NCBI GenBank assembly: GCA_038087875.1
Contig: JAXLNO010005534.1
Span: 1-64,000, forward strand
Direction of reading: 5' to 3'
Length of the DNA: 64,000 nucleotides
Source of the DNA: Malacoraja senta
Taxonomy: Eukaryota
In this document: positions 1-12,190 of the stretch, in pieces
Layout of the letters: each line of letters begins with the position of its first letter
How positions within the stretch are numbered: the first letter of the stretch is position 1
The notes under the pieces: model-generated
The model's input: only the letters and a program-made list of their open reading frames with translations
The model's database searches: none
What the model was told of the DNA's origin: nothing
Made by a program: the position numbers and the translations under genes

Positions 1-290
1 TTCAAGAGTTCTCCCGAGTTTCCCCTGATTCGAACTCGGAGAATTACGGTAATAGCCGCTCGTAGGTACTTGGGGCTCTCGTGGACTTTTTTCAACATGT
101 TGAAAAATCTTCACGAGTCTTCACGAGCTTACCGCGTTTCCCGAGTACCTGCCGTTAGCGTTACGAGCCGCTAGGAAACGTCCCGAGCTCCGACGTACCC
201 GCTACGTACATTCTACATGCTTACCACGAGTTTAATTTTTTTTTAAACTCGGGAGAGCTCTTGAATTACCTCGTACAGTGGGACAGGCTT
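1..290. mobile_element. Right end of a non-autonomous DNA transposon (MITE) with a GGGCCTGTCCCACT-type terminus
   Basis: AGTGGGACAGGC at 277-288 is the reverse complement of the GGGCCTGTCCCACT end seen at 62383-62396. The CpG-rich interior has internal repeats and no coding capacity. Superfamily (possibly PIF/Harbinger) not established. Confidence 0.45.
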
Positions 291-533
291 TGAATTTTCT
301 TTTTAAAACGCAGTACATTGAGGCAACTGGCAGAATTGATGCCCCTCTGCTACAGCAACTTGGATTCAATCCTGATCTCGGGTACAACGTGTATCATTTT
401 CTTGTTCTCCGTATGACACGTGGATTTCCACCAAATGCTCCGTTCCTCCTATATCTCAAAGACATGCGAGTTGGTTGGTTAATTGCATTTTGTAAATTGC
501 CCAGTGTGTGATTGGATGACAGATGTTGTCTAT

Positions 534-845
534 GTTTAGTTTAGTTTAGAGATACAGTGAGGAAACAGACCCTACAGCCCACCGTGTCTGCACCGACCAG
601 CGATCCCCGCATTTTAACGCTACCCTACACACACTAGGGGTAATTTTACCTTTTATACAAAGCCAATTAACGTACAAACCTGTACGTCTTTGGAGTGTGG
701 GAGGAAACCGAAGATCTTGGAGAAAACCTACGCAGGTCACGGGGAGAACGTACAAACTCCATATAGAAAAGCACTTGTAGATGGGACTGAACCCATGTCT
801 CTGGCACTGTAAAGCAGTAGCCTTATGACTATGCCACCATGCCAT
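534..845 (-). mobile_element. tRNA-derived V-SINE (HE1-like)
   Basis: The minus strand shows a tRNA-like head, the central ...TTCGGTTTCCTCCCACACTCCAAAGACGTACAGG... domain and a (TAAAC)n tail. Same family as the copies at 17.7, 18.7, 21.0, 31.7, 32.0, 33.5, 36.4 and 48.4 kb. Confidence 0.75.
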
Positions 846-1084
846 CCTTCAGCAAGGCCCCACATGGGTGGCTGGTCCATTAGGTTGGAAAACATGGGAC
901 CCAGGGTGAGCTAGTCAATTGGACACAAAGTTGGCTTGGTGGTAGGAGGCAGAGAATGGTAGTGCAGGCTTGTTGTTTTTACATAGGAAGTCTGTGACCA
1001 GTGGTATGCCTCAGGGACTGATGCTCTGATGTCATTCAGTCACACACAGTGCTCTCAGACTGATTAATGATTTCAATTTGCAGA

Positions 1085-1220
1085 AATGAAAGAGATGAAG
1101 GAAAGAGAGATAGAGCTGAGGGATGAGAGATGGAGAGATAAATAGATGGAGAGAGATAGGGAGATAGAGAGAGAGAGATATATAGTGAGATGGAGAGAGA
1201 TGATAGATAGAGAGAGGGAT
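1085..1220. repeat. GA-rich low-complexity / (GA)n-(GATA)n microsatellite
   Basis: Runs of gagagagaga and gatagataga read directly. Confidence 0.8.
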
Positions 1221-1384
1221 AATGTGATTGATACTTGTTGAAAGCAGAGCTGAAAATAGGTGAGGTGCCCTTGGGAAACAGTGTGGACACAGGATGTCTG
1301 GGGATGGCCAGTTTATAAATGGACTACACTATGAAGGAAAATAGATCAATGTTAAGAGTTCTCAAACCAGATAAGCAAAACTAA

Positions 1385-2870
1385 GGTACACAAAAATGCT
1401 GGAGAAACTCAGCGGGTGCAGCAGCATCTATGGAGCGAAGGAAATAGGCAATGTTTCGGGCCGAAACCCTTCTTCAGACTGATAGGGGGTGGGGAGAAGA
1501 AAGGAAAAAAGGCAGAGGAGGAGCCCGAGGGCTGGGGGAGGGGAGGAGACAACCATAGGGCTGATGAAGGGGATGGGGACAGCAAGGGCTAGCAGAATTG
1601 GGAGAATTCAATGTTCAAGCCCCCAGGATATAGACTGCCCAAGCGGAATATGAGGTGCATTTCCTCCAATTTCCGGTGTTGCTCGCTGTGGCCATGGAGG
1701 AGACCCAGGACAGAGAGGTCAGATACGGAATGGGAGGGGGAGTTGAAGTGCTGAGCCACCGGGAGGTCAGGATGGTTATTGCAGACCGACCGGAGGTGTT
1801 CGGCGAAACGATCGCCAAGCCTCCGCTTGGTCTCACCGATGTAGATCAGCTGGCATCTAGAGCAGCGGATGCAATAGATGAGGTTGGAGGAGATGCAGGT
1901 GAACCTCTGTCGCACCTGGAACGACTGCTTAGGTCCTTGAATGGAGTCGAGGGGGGAGGTGAAGGGACAAGTGTTGCATCTCTTGCGGTTGCAAGGGAAA
2001 TTACCCGGGGAGGGGGTGGTACGGGAGGGAAGGGAAGAATTGACAAGGGAGTTACGGAGGGAGCGGTCTTTGCGGAAGGCAGACATGGAGGGAGATGGGA
2101 AGATGTGGCGAGTGGTGGGGTCACGTTGGAGGTGGCGAAACTGATGGAGGATCACTTGTTGTATGTGACGGCTGGTGGGGTGAAAGGTGAGGACTAGGGG
2201 GACTCTGCCCTTGTTGTGAGTGGGGGGATGGGGAGAGAGAGCAGTGTTGCGAGGTATGGCAGCGACCCTGGTGCGAGCCTCATCTATGGTGGAGGAGGGG
2301 AACCCCCGTTCCCTGAAGAATGAGGACATTTCGGATGCCCTGGTGTGGAACGCCTCATCCTGGGAGCAGATGCGGTGTAGACGGAGGAATTGGGAGTGGG
2401 GGATGGAGTCCTTACAGGAAGCAGGGTGGGAAGAAGTGTAGTCCAGATAGCCATGGGAGTCGGTAGGTTTGTAGTGGATGTCGGTAAGGAGTCTATCACC
2501 TGCGATGGAGATAGTGAGGTCAAGGAATGGTAGGGAAGTGTCGGAAATGGTCCAGGTGTATTTGAGTGCCGGATGGAAGTTGGTGGTGAAGCGGATGAAA
2601 TCAGTCAGTTGTGTGTGGGTCCAGGAGGTGGCACCAAAGCAATCATCGATGTAGCGGAGGTAGAGGTCGGGGATGGGGCCCCGGTACGCATTGAACAAGG
2701 ATTGTTCTACGTACCCGACAAAGAGGCAGGCGTAGCTGGGGCCAATGCGTGTGCCCATAGCTACGCCTTGTATTTGGAGGAAATGGGAGGAGTCAAATGA
2801 GAAGTTATTGAGGGTAAGGACCAGCTCCGCTAGGCGGAGGAGGGTGTCAGTGGCCGGGTATAGGTTGCAG
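1385..2870 (-). mobile_element. 5'-truncated Penelope-like retroelement (EN+ PLE) with 3' terminal repeat
   Basis: Contains the 389-aa RT + GIY-YIG ORF, followed by the CTGAAGAAGGG...CCCGAAAC motif and the GATGCTGC...CCAGCAT hairpin repeat at 1385-1480. Confidence 0.9.
1589..2758 (-). CDS. PLE reverse transcriptase C-terminal half plus GIY-YIG endonuclease (partial)
   Basis: RT motifs MGTRIGPSYACLF, YLRYIDDCFG and LPFLDL. C-terminal GIY-YIG NLIYCIRCSRCQLIYIGETKRRLGDRFAEH, the architecture typical of Penelope/Poseidon PLEs. Confidence 0.9.
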   Translation of the reverse strand: MGTRIGPSYACLFVGYVEQSLFNAYRGPIPDLYLRYIDDCFGATSWTHTQLTDFIRFTTNFHPALKYTWTISDTSLPFLDLTISIAGDRLLTDIHYKPTDSHGYLDYTSSHPASCKDSIPHSQFLRLHRICSQDEAFHTRASEMSSFFRERGFPSSTIDEARTRVAAIPRNTALSPHPPTHNKGRVPLVLTFHPTSRHIQQVILHQFRHLQRDPTTRHIFPSPSMSAFRKDRSLRNSLVNSSLPSRTTPSPGNFPCNRKRCNTCPFTSPLDSIQGPKQSFQVRQRFTCISSNLIYCIRCSRCQLIYIGETKRRLGDRFAEHLRSVCNNHPDLPVAQHFNSPSHSVSDLSVLGLLHGHSEQHRKLEEMHLIFRLGSLYPGGLNIEFSQFC

Positions 2871-4289
2871 TCCCTGGATGAGTGGCAACTTGAATTTCTT
2901 GATTTTCTTTTCAGAGTTCAGACCTTGGATTAGAGTCTATTGTGCAACAAATCAGCTGAGCCCCTGGACAGATTAATGGTTGCCTGTTCAACATTCTGTA
3001 CAACTGTAACATGACACCCCAACCCTAGTCCTCAGTACCATGGCTGAGGAAACAAGGCACAACATATACTCTGTGACGGAATGAACAGCAGATGCTAATT
3101 TAAACCGAAGATAGACACAAAAAGCTAGAGACTCAGCGGCAATATTTCTGGAGAGAAGGAATGGGTGACCTTTTGGGTTGAGACGATTCTTTAGACATAT
3201 ATTCCCTTCACTACCCTATCAAACTATGATGCCATTTTCAGGGAACTATGTAATTGTACACCAAGGTACAGCTCCATTTACAATCCTGCAATAACCCGGT
3301 GGGGGGAGAGGGCAGGGGGTGTGGCACCCGGCAGCTTGAGAGCCCATCGTGATTGGTGCACTGGAGGGGGGTGGGGAGGGGGGAGGGAGGGTTGGAGCAC
3401 TGGGGTGCCCATCCCTCCTGGAGTGGCCCTGTCCTGCCTTGCGAGTGCATTGTGAAGTCACTCGGATTTTGTTTCCAAAATGGAAGAGTTTGAAGAAATC
3501 AGACTGTTTAAATTTTTTTTTCGATTAATAACTTCGGAAATATAGGGGGAAATGTGACGGGAAGATGTTTATCGCCACCATGGGGAAAAATGTGAGTAAG
3601 ATGTGTGAAAATGAGAAAGCTGTGGCCTAGCATTAGGAAGAAGATAGGAATTAACCAGATTGACACACACAGAGACACATCGTGGGCACAAACAAGCCAA
3701 AGACTTTTAGTTATATAGAGATGTCCTAGATAGAACAATGACATTCTTACTTGCAGCAGCACAACAGAATATGTAAACATAGTACACTGTAAACAATATA
3801 AGAAACAAGAAATATAAATATCTGGGTGTGTATATATATACATACTCACAAATACACATATATACAGATCATATTCGTATATATATATATACACACACAC
3901 ACTCATATGTACACACAAAAAACAAACAATAATGGTGCAACAATAACAATAATAGTCTATTTAGTTAAGAGCTTGTTTAAGGCTGTAGTGTTTAATAGCC
4001 TAAAGGATGTAGGGTAGAAGTTATTCCTGAACCTAACGTTACAGTTTTAAGGCTCCTGTACCTTCTACCCTATGGCAGGGGTGAAATAAGTGTGTGGCCA
4101 GGGTGGTGTGGGTCTCTGATGATGCTTGCTGCCTTTTTGAGCTTCCTTCGATGGTAGGAAGATCAGAACCCGTGATGGACTGGGCAGTGTTCACAAGTTT
4201 TTACAGTCTTCTTCGCTCCTATATTAAATGAATGAGGGTAACTTGATAAAGAATAAATCCACTCAGAAAATAAAAGCTGTCATCTCTGT

Positions 4290-5210
4290 GAGGAGCTGCA
4301 TGAGATGAGCAAGATCTTCAATGAGTATTTCTCCCCTGTTTTTACTGTGGAGAAAGATTTGAAGATGAGGGAGCTTGCAACAGGTAATGGAGATGTCTGG
4401 AGGTCAGTCCGTGTTATGGCCGATGATGTGCTGGAAATCCTAAGACATATGAAAGTAGATAATTCACCCAGACCTGATCACATATATCTGAGGACAATGT
4501 GGGGAGCTAGAGAAGAAATTGCAAGCGCCCTGACTGAGAGATATGAATCATTGTTAGACATGGGTGAGGTGCCGGATAACTAGAGGTTGGCAAATGTGGT
4601 GCATCTATTTAAGAAGGACTACGGGGCAAAACCTAGAAACTATAAATCAGTGGGCCTACAATCTGCGGTAGGTAAGTTACTGGAGAGGATTCAGAGAGAG
4701 AAGATAAATATGCATTTGTAGAGACAAGGGCTGGTCAGTGTGGTTTTGGACGTGGGACATCATGCCTCACCAATCTGGTAGTTTTTGGAAAAAGTAACCA
4801 AGAAGGTTGATGATGATAAGGTCATAGACATTGTACATATGGTCTTTAGCAAGGCCTTTGATAAGTTTCTGCATGGTAGGCTGCCTTTGATGATTAGAGC
4901 TCATGGCATTCAGGGAGAACTAGCTGCCTAACCAATGAATTAGGTTCATGGAAGGAAGCATAGGGTGATAGTGGAAGTGCTTTTCACACAGGAGGCCTGT
5001 GACTAGAGGTGTCCCTCAGGGATCAGTGCTGGGCCCATTGCTGATTGTGGTTTATATGAGCAACTAAGATGAAAATGTGCAGCATGATTAGAAACTTTGC
5101 AGATGACATTGACATAGTTGGTATCATAAACAGTGAACATAGTTATCAAACATTACAGCTGGATCTTGATCAGTGAGACAAGTGGGCTGAAGAATAGTTA
5201 ATGGAGCTTC
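4290..5210 (+). mobile_element. Old, degenerate CR1-clade LINE fragment
   Basis: Remnant motifs IFNEYFSPVFT, FSKAFD and GVPQGSVLGP, with stops and frameshifts. Confidence 0.75.
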
Positions 5211-5426
5211 CAGGCCTGACCTACTGACACTGTTGCCGATGCCACCATTGGCCCACAAAGCTTCCAGGCCATGTTTGCCTCCAACCTTCACCTGTACTCT
5301 AGCCCCTCGTGGGCCCATTGACTCCGCCGATCCTCGCCTTGTCACCGGCCACCAGCCGGCCAAAGACATCAACTCACATGGTTTGCAGTCCCAGTTTCGG
5401 CCATTGGCTGTTGGCCCCTACAATGT

Positions 5427-5745
5427 ATGGTAGAGCTGTCTGGGATCCTCCCCCCCCCCGCCCCGCGACTTCCTTCTGATACAGAACAGTCAGTCTTCAA
5501 CAGAGGCCTTACCTTTGTATCCCTACACCCCCACCTCAACGAGTTCAGGGCTTACCATGATGTAGAGCTCTTCTTCAGTTGCCTCCGCTTCCGAGCCTTT
5601 TTCTACGGGAAGGAGTCCTCACCTCCCAGTGAAAACACCGTCCTCCGTATCCAACATTCCCCCTCCTCTATGACCCCCTGTGCCGGCCTTCTACCCTCTC
5701 CCGACCTGTTTATTTTGAACTGCCAGCATGACATATCTCTAAACC
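5427..5745 (+). mobile_element. Penelope-like element N-terminal fragment
   Basis: The ORF segment SDTEQSVFNRGLTFVSLHPHLNEFRAYHDVELFFSCLRFRAFF resembles the L.KGL.F.P...N region upstream of PLE RTs. Confidence 0.6.
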
Positions 5746-6266
5746 AAACTCAATTATGAACAAATGGTGATTCAATTCTAAGTCAGGATGGATCCCAGGT
5801 CAGGTTCCCACACATCTGCTGACCTTGTTGTTATTGTGCTTGAGATGTTGAGTTTGGAATGTTCTGATGGGCTAGACGACTCATATCTGCAGTGTGTTTT
5901 GTCGCTGGTTAAAGCTTGTGGTGCAGTGAATAAACGAGGAAATGAAATTGAGCATTGTGCATTCAACAACAGACAATCACTTTTGACCTTATAATGGAAG
6001 GAAGGAAGGAAGGTCACTAAAGTCCCAGATCTTGATTAGTGAGTACTCTACATTTTCCAGGCACCTAACATTGATTTACCTTGGGTACACAAAAATGCTG
6101 GAGAAACTCAGCGGGTGCAGCAGCATCTATGGAGCGAAGGAAATTGGTAACGTTAGAAATTATTAATATTGATTTACCTTGATTGGGTTACTTGGTATCT
6201 GCATAAGGAATGGGAACAGCTTCAAACAATCTACTTGATTGTCGTTAATTAGTTTTATTAATAATA

Positions 6267-6590
6267 TCATAGAGTCATAGAGTGATACAGTTTGGAAACA
6301 GGTCCTTCGGCCCAACTCGCCCACACCGGCCAACAATGTCCCAGCTACACTGGTCCCACTTGCCTGCGATTGGTCCATATCCCCCCCAAACCTGTCCTAT
6401 CCATGTACCTGTCCAACTGTTTCTTAAACAATAGCATAGTCCCAGACTCAACTCCCTCCTCTGGCAGCTTGTTCCATAAACCCACCACCCTTTGTGTGAA
6501 AAAGTTACCCCTCGGATACCTATTAAATCTTTTCACCTTCACCTTGAACCTATGTCCTCTGGTCCTCGATTCCCCTACTCTGGGCAAAGT
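6267..6590 (-). mobile_element. CR1-clade LINE 3' end fragment
   Basis: ESRTRGHRFKVK...FFTQRVVGLWNKLP C-terminus, 3' GGGCCGAAGGACCTGTTTCC and (ACTCTATG)n tail. Confidence 0.8.
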
Positions 6591-7816
6591 AATCTATGCA
6601 TTGAATAACAGTTGATTGCGTTATCATTTCAATGTGTGATGATCTTTCAGGAAACGTTCCAAGTCAATCCATGTTCATCACACTCATAGTCACTTTGAGG
6701 TGACATTGGCTGGGCAGGTTGTCATCTTGATAAGGAATGTCAGGCCAAGTGTACAATGCTCAATTATTTCATAAAGTCAGATTCAAGTTAGGGCCGTGGA
6801 CCAGTGTCTGTTCCATGCAAGATTAATCCTGATATTGTGAACTTTACACTAATACCAAATAATGTGGGCTAAACCCTGCAGCTCCAAACCAATGCTGCCA
6901 CCAAAGCAATAGGTTATAAGGTCAAGTTAAATCTCTACATTGTTTACAACTTTGGAGTTTTGAGTTATGCAAAATGTTAGTGGAAATGTGGTAACTCTTG
7001 TGTATTGTCTCAATGTAATCTATATTTCCTGTAGTCTTGTACTAAAGTATGATTGTCCTTGTGTATTGTAAATGTTTGACAGAACTGTAGGCAATAAGGA
7101 ATTTCACTGAACCCAGGTATATGCGACAATAAAGTACCATTGAACCATTGAATCAATGCACCCACTGTCACTTGAATACATAAGCAGGTTATAGTCAAGA
7201 ATGATTTTAAAATTCATTTGCCCAGGTTTATGCACAGGTATGAAGTATTAATAGTCTCAGTTCAGTTTAGTTTATTGTGAAACAGTGAAAGCTGTTTACA
7301 GTGAAAAGCTTTTGTTGCGTGCTAACCAGTCAGCAGAAAGTCAATACATGATTGTAATCGATCTGAAGATAGACACAAAAAGCTGGAGTAACTCAGCAGG
7401 ACAGGCAGCATCTCTGGAGAGAAGGAATGGGTGATGTTTCGGGTTGAGACCCTTCTTCAATTCTTCTCCCCAGAGATGCTGCCTGCCCCGCTGAGTTACT
7501 CAAGCTTTTTTATGTCTACCTTCAGTTTAAACCAGTATCTGCAGTTCCTTCGTACACATTACAATCGATCCATTTACAATGTATCACAGCAGCTGGAGAA
7601 CGAATCTCATCCTTTAATCCCATTTTTTCCCTCAGTCCAACACACTGAACACAATGGAAATTAGCTGACTGACCGGAGATGTGTTCTCCATGACTTTGCA
7701 CAACTCAAGCTGTGGAAGCTCTACAGAGCTGTAGATGTTGTGTACATGGATTTCAGAAAGGTATTCGAAAAGGCTCCGCATGGTAGGCTATTCTGGAAGA
7801 TTTGATCACATGAGAT

Positions 7817-10060
7817 TCAGAAACAAAGGTTCTGAACTTAAAGAAAGGTAACTTTGAGGGTATGAGACGTGAATTGGCCAAGATTGACTGGCAATTAGTT
7901 CTAAAAGGGTTGACGGTGGATATGCAATGGAAGGCATTTAAAGACTGCATGGATGAACTACAAAAATTGTTCATCCCAGTTTGGCAAAAGAATAAATCAG
8001 GGAAGGTAGTGCATCCGTGGATAACAAGGGAAATCAGGGATAGTATCAAAGCAAAAGATGATGCGTACAAATTAGCCAGAAAAAGCAGCATACCAGAGGA
8101 CTGGGAGAAATTCAGAGACCAGCAGAGGAGGACAAAGGGCTTAATTAGGAAAGGGAAAATAGATTATGAAAGCAAACTGGCAGGGAACATAAAAACTGAC
8201 TGCAAAAGTTTTTATAGATATGTGAAGAGAAAGAGATTAGTTAAAACAAATGTAGGTCCCTTGCAGTCAGAAACAGGTGAATTGATCATGGGGAACAAGG
8301 ATATGGCGGACCAATTGAATAACTACTTTGGTTCCGTCTTCACTAAGGAAGACATAAATAATCTGCCGGAAATAGCAGGGGGCCGCGGGTCAAAGGAGAT
8401 GGGGGAACTGAGTGAAATCCAGGTTAGTCGGGAAGTGGTGTTGGGTAAATTGAATGGATTAAAGGCCGATAAATCACCAGGGCCAGATAGGCTGCATCCC
8501 AGAGTACTTAAGGAAGTAGCTCCAGAAATAGTGGATGCATTAGTGCTAATTTTTCAAAACTCTTTAGATTCTGGAGTAGTTCCTGAGGATTGGAGGGTAG
8601 CAAACGTAACCCCACTTTTTAAGAAGGGAGGGAGAGAGAAAACGGGGAATTACAGACCAGTTAGTCTAACATCGGTAGTGGGGAAACTGCTAGAGTCAGT
8701 TATTAAAGATGGGATAGCAGCACATTTGGAAAGTGGTGAAATCATTGGACAAAGTCAGCATGGATTTACGAAAGGTAAATCGTGTCTGACGAATCTTATA
8801 GAATTTTTCGAGGATGTAACTAGTAGAGTGGATAGGGGAGAACCAGTGGATGTGTTGTATCTGGACTTTCAGAAGGCTTTCGACAAGGTACCACATAAGA
8901 GATTAGGATACAAACTTAAATCACACGGTATTGGGGGTTCAGTATTGATGTGGATAGAGAACTGGCTGGCAAACAGGAAGCAAAGAGTAGGAGTAAACGG
9001 GTCCTTTTCACAATGGCAGGCAGTGACTAGTGGGGTACCGCAAGGCTCAGTGCTGGGACCCCAGCTATTTACAATTTATATTAATGATCTGGACGAGGGA
9101 ATTGAAAGCAACATCTCCAAGTTTGCGGATGACACTAAGCTGGGGGGCAGTGTTAGCTGTGAGGAGGATGCTAGGAGACTGCAAGGTGACTTGGATAGGC
9201 TGGGTGAGTGGGCAAATGTTTGGCAGATGCAGTATAATGTGGATAAATGTGAGGTTATCCACTTTGGTGGCAAGAACGGGAAGGCAGACTATTATCTAAA
9301 TGGTGGCCGATTAGGAAATGGGGAGATGCAGCGAGACCTGGGTGTCATGGTACACCAGTCATTGAAAGTAGGCATGCAGGTGCAGCAGGCAGTGAAGAAA
9401 GCGAATGGTATGTTGGCCTTCATAGCAAGAGGATTTGAGTATAGGAGCAGGGAGGTTCTACTGCAGTTGTACAGGGTCTTGGTGAGACCACACCTGGAGT
9501 ATTGCGTACAGTTTTGGTCTCCAAATCTGAGGAAGGACATTATAGCCATAGAGGGAGTGCAGAGAAGGTTCACCAGACTGATTCCTGGGATGTCAGGACT
9601 TTCATATGAAGAAAGACTGGATAGACTTGGCTTATACTCGCTAGAATTTAGGAGATTGAGAGGGGATCTTATAGAAACGTACAAAATTCTTATGGGGTTG
9701 GACAGGCTAGATGCAGGAAGATTTTTCCCGATGTTGGGGAAGTCCAGGACAAGGGGTCACAGCTTAAGGATAAGGGGGAAATCCTTTAAGACCGAGATGA
9801 GGAAAAACGTTTTCACACAGAGAGTGGTGAATCCCTGGAACTCTCTGCCACAGAGGGTAGTTGAGGCCAGTTCATTGGCTATATTTAAGAGGGAGTTAGA
9901 TGTGGCCCTTGTGGCTAAGGGGATCAGGGGGTATGGAGAGAAGGCAGGTACGGGATACTGAGTTGGATGATCAGCCATGATCATATTGAATGGCGGTGCA
10001 GGCTCGAAGGGCCGAATGGCCTACTCCTGCACCTATTTTCTATGTTTCTATGTTTCTATG
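7817..10060 (+). mobile_element. Young 5'-truncated CR1-clade LINE (HER1-like) nested in an older CR1
   Basis: Uninterrupted 699-aa ORF2 part and (TTTCTATG)n tail. Flanking duplication ATGAGAT at 7810-7816 and 10058-10064. The older CR1 reading frame resumes after the tail. Confidence 0.92.
7862..9961 (+). CDS. CR1 LINE ORF2 reverse transcriptase (no endonuclease domain; 5' truncated)
   Basis: Motifs KSPGPD, NYRPVSLTS, YLDFQKAFDKVPH, GVPQGSVLGP, SKFADDTKL and LVRPHLEYCVQFWSP. Confidence 0.93.
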   Translation: MRRELAKIDWQLVLKGLTVDMQWKAFKDCMDELQKLFIPVWQKNKSGKVVHPWITREIRDSIKAKDDAYKLARKSSIPEDWEKFRDQQRRTKGLIRKGKIDYESKLAGNIKTDCKSFYRYVKRKRLVKTNVGPLQSETGELIMGNKDMADQLNNYFGSVFTKEDINNLPEIAGGRGSKEMGELSEIQVSREVVLGKLNGLKADKSPGPDRLHPRVLKEVAPEIVDALVLIFQNSLDSGVVPEDWRVANVTPLFKKGGREKTGNYRPVSLTSVVGKLLESVIKDGIAAHLESGEIIGQSQHGFTKGKSCLTNLIEFFEDVTSRVDRGEPVDVLYLDFQKAFDKVPHKRLGYKLKSHGIGGSVLMWIENWLANRKQRVGVNGSFSQWQAVTSGVPQGSVLGPQLFTIYINDLDEGIESNISKFADDTKLGGSVSCEEDARRLQGDLDRLGEWANVWQMQYNVDKCEVIHFGGKNGKADYYLNGGRLGNGEMQRDLGVMVHQSLKVGMQVQQAVKKANGMLAFIARGFEYRSREVLLQLYRVLVRPHLEYCVQFWSPNLRKDIIAIEGVQRRFTRLIPGMSGLSYEERLDRLGLYSLEFRRLRGDLIETYKILMGLDRLDAGRFFPMLGKSRTRGHSLRIRGKSFKTEMRKNVFTQRVVNPWNSLPQRVVEASSLAIFKRELDVALVAKGIRGYGEKAGTGY

Positions 10061-11160
10061 AGATCCAAGGAGAGATAGCTGAATGGATAGCAAATGGCTC
10101 CATGGAAGGAAGCAGAGGGTGATGGTGGAAGGTTGCTTCACTGATTGGAGGCGTGTGACTAGTGGTGTGACTCAGGGTTCGGTGCTGGGCCCGTTACTGT
10201 TTGTCACCTACATAATTGATTTGGATGATATAATTATCCAAGATTAGCGAGTTTGCTGATGATACACAAGTGAGTGGTTTTGCAGATAGTGAAGATGGTT
10301 GTGAACGATTGCAGGTAGACAATGGTTGTGAACGATTGCAGCAGGGTCTGGATCGATTAGCCAGTGGGCCGAGGAATGGTTGATGGAATTTAATACAGAG
10401 AAGTGTGATGTGTTGCTTTTTGGGACACAGTAAATGGTCGGTCTCTGGGGAGTGTTGAGAGCAGAGGGATCTAGGGGTACAAGTGCAAGGTTCCTTAAAG
10501 GTCGAGTCACAGGTAGATAAGGTGGTCAAAAAGGCTTTTGGCACATTGTCCTTCATCAGTCAGAATAATGAGTACAGAGGTTGGGAGGTCATGTTGCAGT
10601 CGGATAAGACGTTGGTGAGACCGCATTTAGAATTTTGTGTTCAGTTCTGGGCACCATGTTATAGGAAATATATTGTCAAGCTTGAAACTGGTCAGAAAAT
10701 ATTTACAAGGATGTTGCCAGGACTAGAGGGTGTGAGTTATAGGGAGAGGTTGAGTAGGCTGGGTCTCTATTCCTTGGAGCGCAGGAGGATGAGGGGTGAT
10801 CTTGTAAGAGGTGTACAAAACCATGAGAGGAATAGTTCGGGTAGATGCACAGAGTCCTTTGCCCAGAGTAGGGGAATCGAGGACCAGATGACTTTCCAGG
10901 TTAAAGGTCAAAGATTTAATAGGAATCCGAAGGGTAACTTTTTCACACAAAGTGTGGTGGGTGTATGGAACAAGCTCCCAGAGGAGGTAATTGAGGCTGG
11001 GACTATCCCCTCGTTTAAGAAACAGTTAGACAGGTACATTAATATGACAGGTTTGGAGGGATATGGACCAAAGGCAGGCAGGTGGGACTAGTGTAGCTGG
11101 GACATGTTGGCCGGTGTGGACAAGTTGGGCCGAAGGGCCTGTTCCCAAACTGTATCACTC
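10061..11160 (+). mobile_element. Older CR1 LINE 3' half (continuation of the fragment at about 7700-7816)
   Basis: Degenerate GSVLGP, FADDT and LVRPHLEFCVQFWAP motifs; ORF 10483-11091. Confidence 0.8.
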
Positions 11161-11171
11161 TATACCTCCAT

Positions 11172-11485
11172 AACTAAACCAGGGGCCACAGTCTTAGAAT
11201 AAAGGGGTGGTCATTTAAGACTGAGGTGAGAAAAATCTTTTTCACCCAGAGAGTTGTGAATTTATGGAATTCCCTCCCACAGAGGGCAGTGGAGGCCAAA
11301 TCACTGGATGGATTTAAGAGAGAGTTAGATAGAGCTCTAGGGGCTAGTGGAGTCAAGGGATATGGGGAGAAGGCAGGCACGGGTTATTGATAGGGGACGA
11401 TCAGCCATGATCATAATGAATGGCGGTGCTGGCTCGAAGGGCCAAATGGCCTCCTCCTGCACCTATTTTCTATGTTTCTATGTTT
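11172..11485 (+). mobile_element. CR1 LINE 3' end fragment
   Basis: RGHSLRIKG...FFTQRVVNLWNSLP region and (TTTCTATG)n tail. Confidence 0.8.
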
Positions 11486-12033
11486 AAAAGTCATGGAAGG
11501 AAGGAGATGTTTTTCATTGGAGATGGGTTGTATGATGTGAAAGTGTTCATCAAATGTAACATTTCTGTTTGCATTCGAGTAGGTCAGTTTATCTTGGCAT
11601 TACATTTGGCATATACATTGTGGGCCAAAGGGTGAGTTCCTGATCTGTAATATTCTGTATTTGATAGTCTACAAAGCACACATTCACCCTGCCTCTGTTC
11701 CTGTACCTCTTCTGACTGATCTGTTGGGCTGAAACTCCAGCCCCAACCTCTTACACAATGTGAGATTTGTGGAATGACAAATACATTTCCATCACTTAGT
11801 GACTGGAGCACCTCGGGCACTGGGCCAAGTGTTTGCTGATAAACTGTCCACTATTGCCTGGGTTCTTGAGTGAACAAGGCACTATTTCAATACCTTCTCA
11901 ACTATCTAAAAGATCAAGTAACAGGGTGGAACGTAATTAATTCAATTTGAAGTTCATATTTATGTTATAAAATTAGATATGATAAATATAGATTAATTGC
12001 ATAAATGTATCTGTCATTGATAAGCTTGATCTG

Positions 12034-12190
12034 TTCACACCATTTTGAATCACATGCCCCGTTCAAAAATTCCTCCATTCACACCATTCTGAATCACATA
12101 CCCCATTCAAAAATGTATCCACCAACACCATTCTGAAGAACATCCCCATTCAAAAAAGTATCCATTCACACAATACTGATTCACATACCA
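12034..12190. repeat. Degenerate ~44-bp tandem repeat, ~3.6 copies
   Basis: Unit TTCACACCATTCTGAATCACATACCCCATTCAAAAATGTATCCA starts at about 12034, 12078, 12122 and 12165. Confidence 0.75.

Noticed and set aside
1655-2197. Long plus-strand ORFs opposite the PLE, and the similar repeated antisense ORFs at 9292-9684, 19480-19872 and 61787-62179
   Set aside because: These are antisense shadows of retroelement RT coding sequence, repeated only because the elements are repeated.
3508-3918. 136-aa hydrophobic ORF
   Set aside because: It derives from (TA)n/(CA)n microsatellite and repeat fragments.
5778-6017. Unique-sequence ORFs on both strands as an exon of the left-pointing gene
   Set aside because: No paired acceptor and donor with an open frame, and no recognisable homology.
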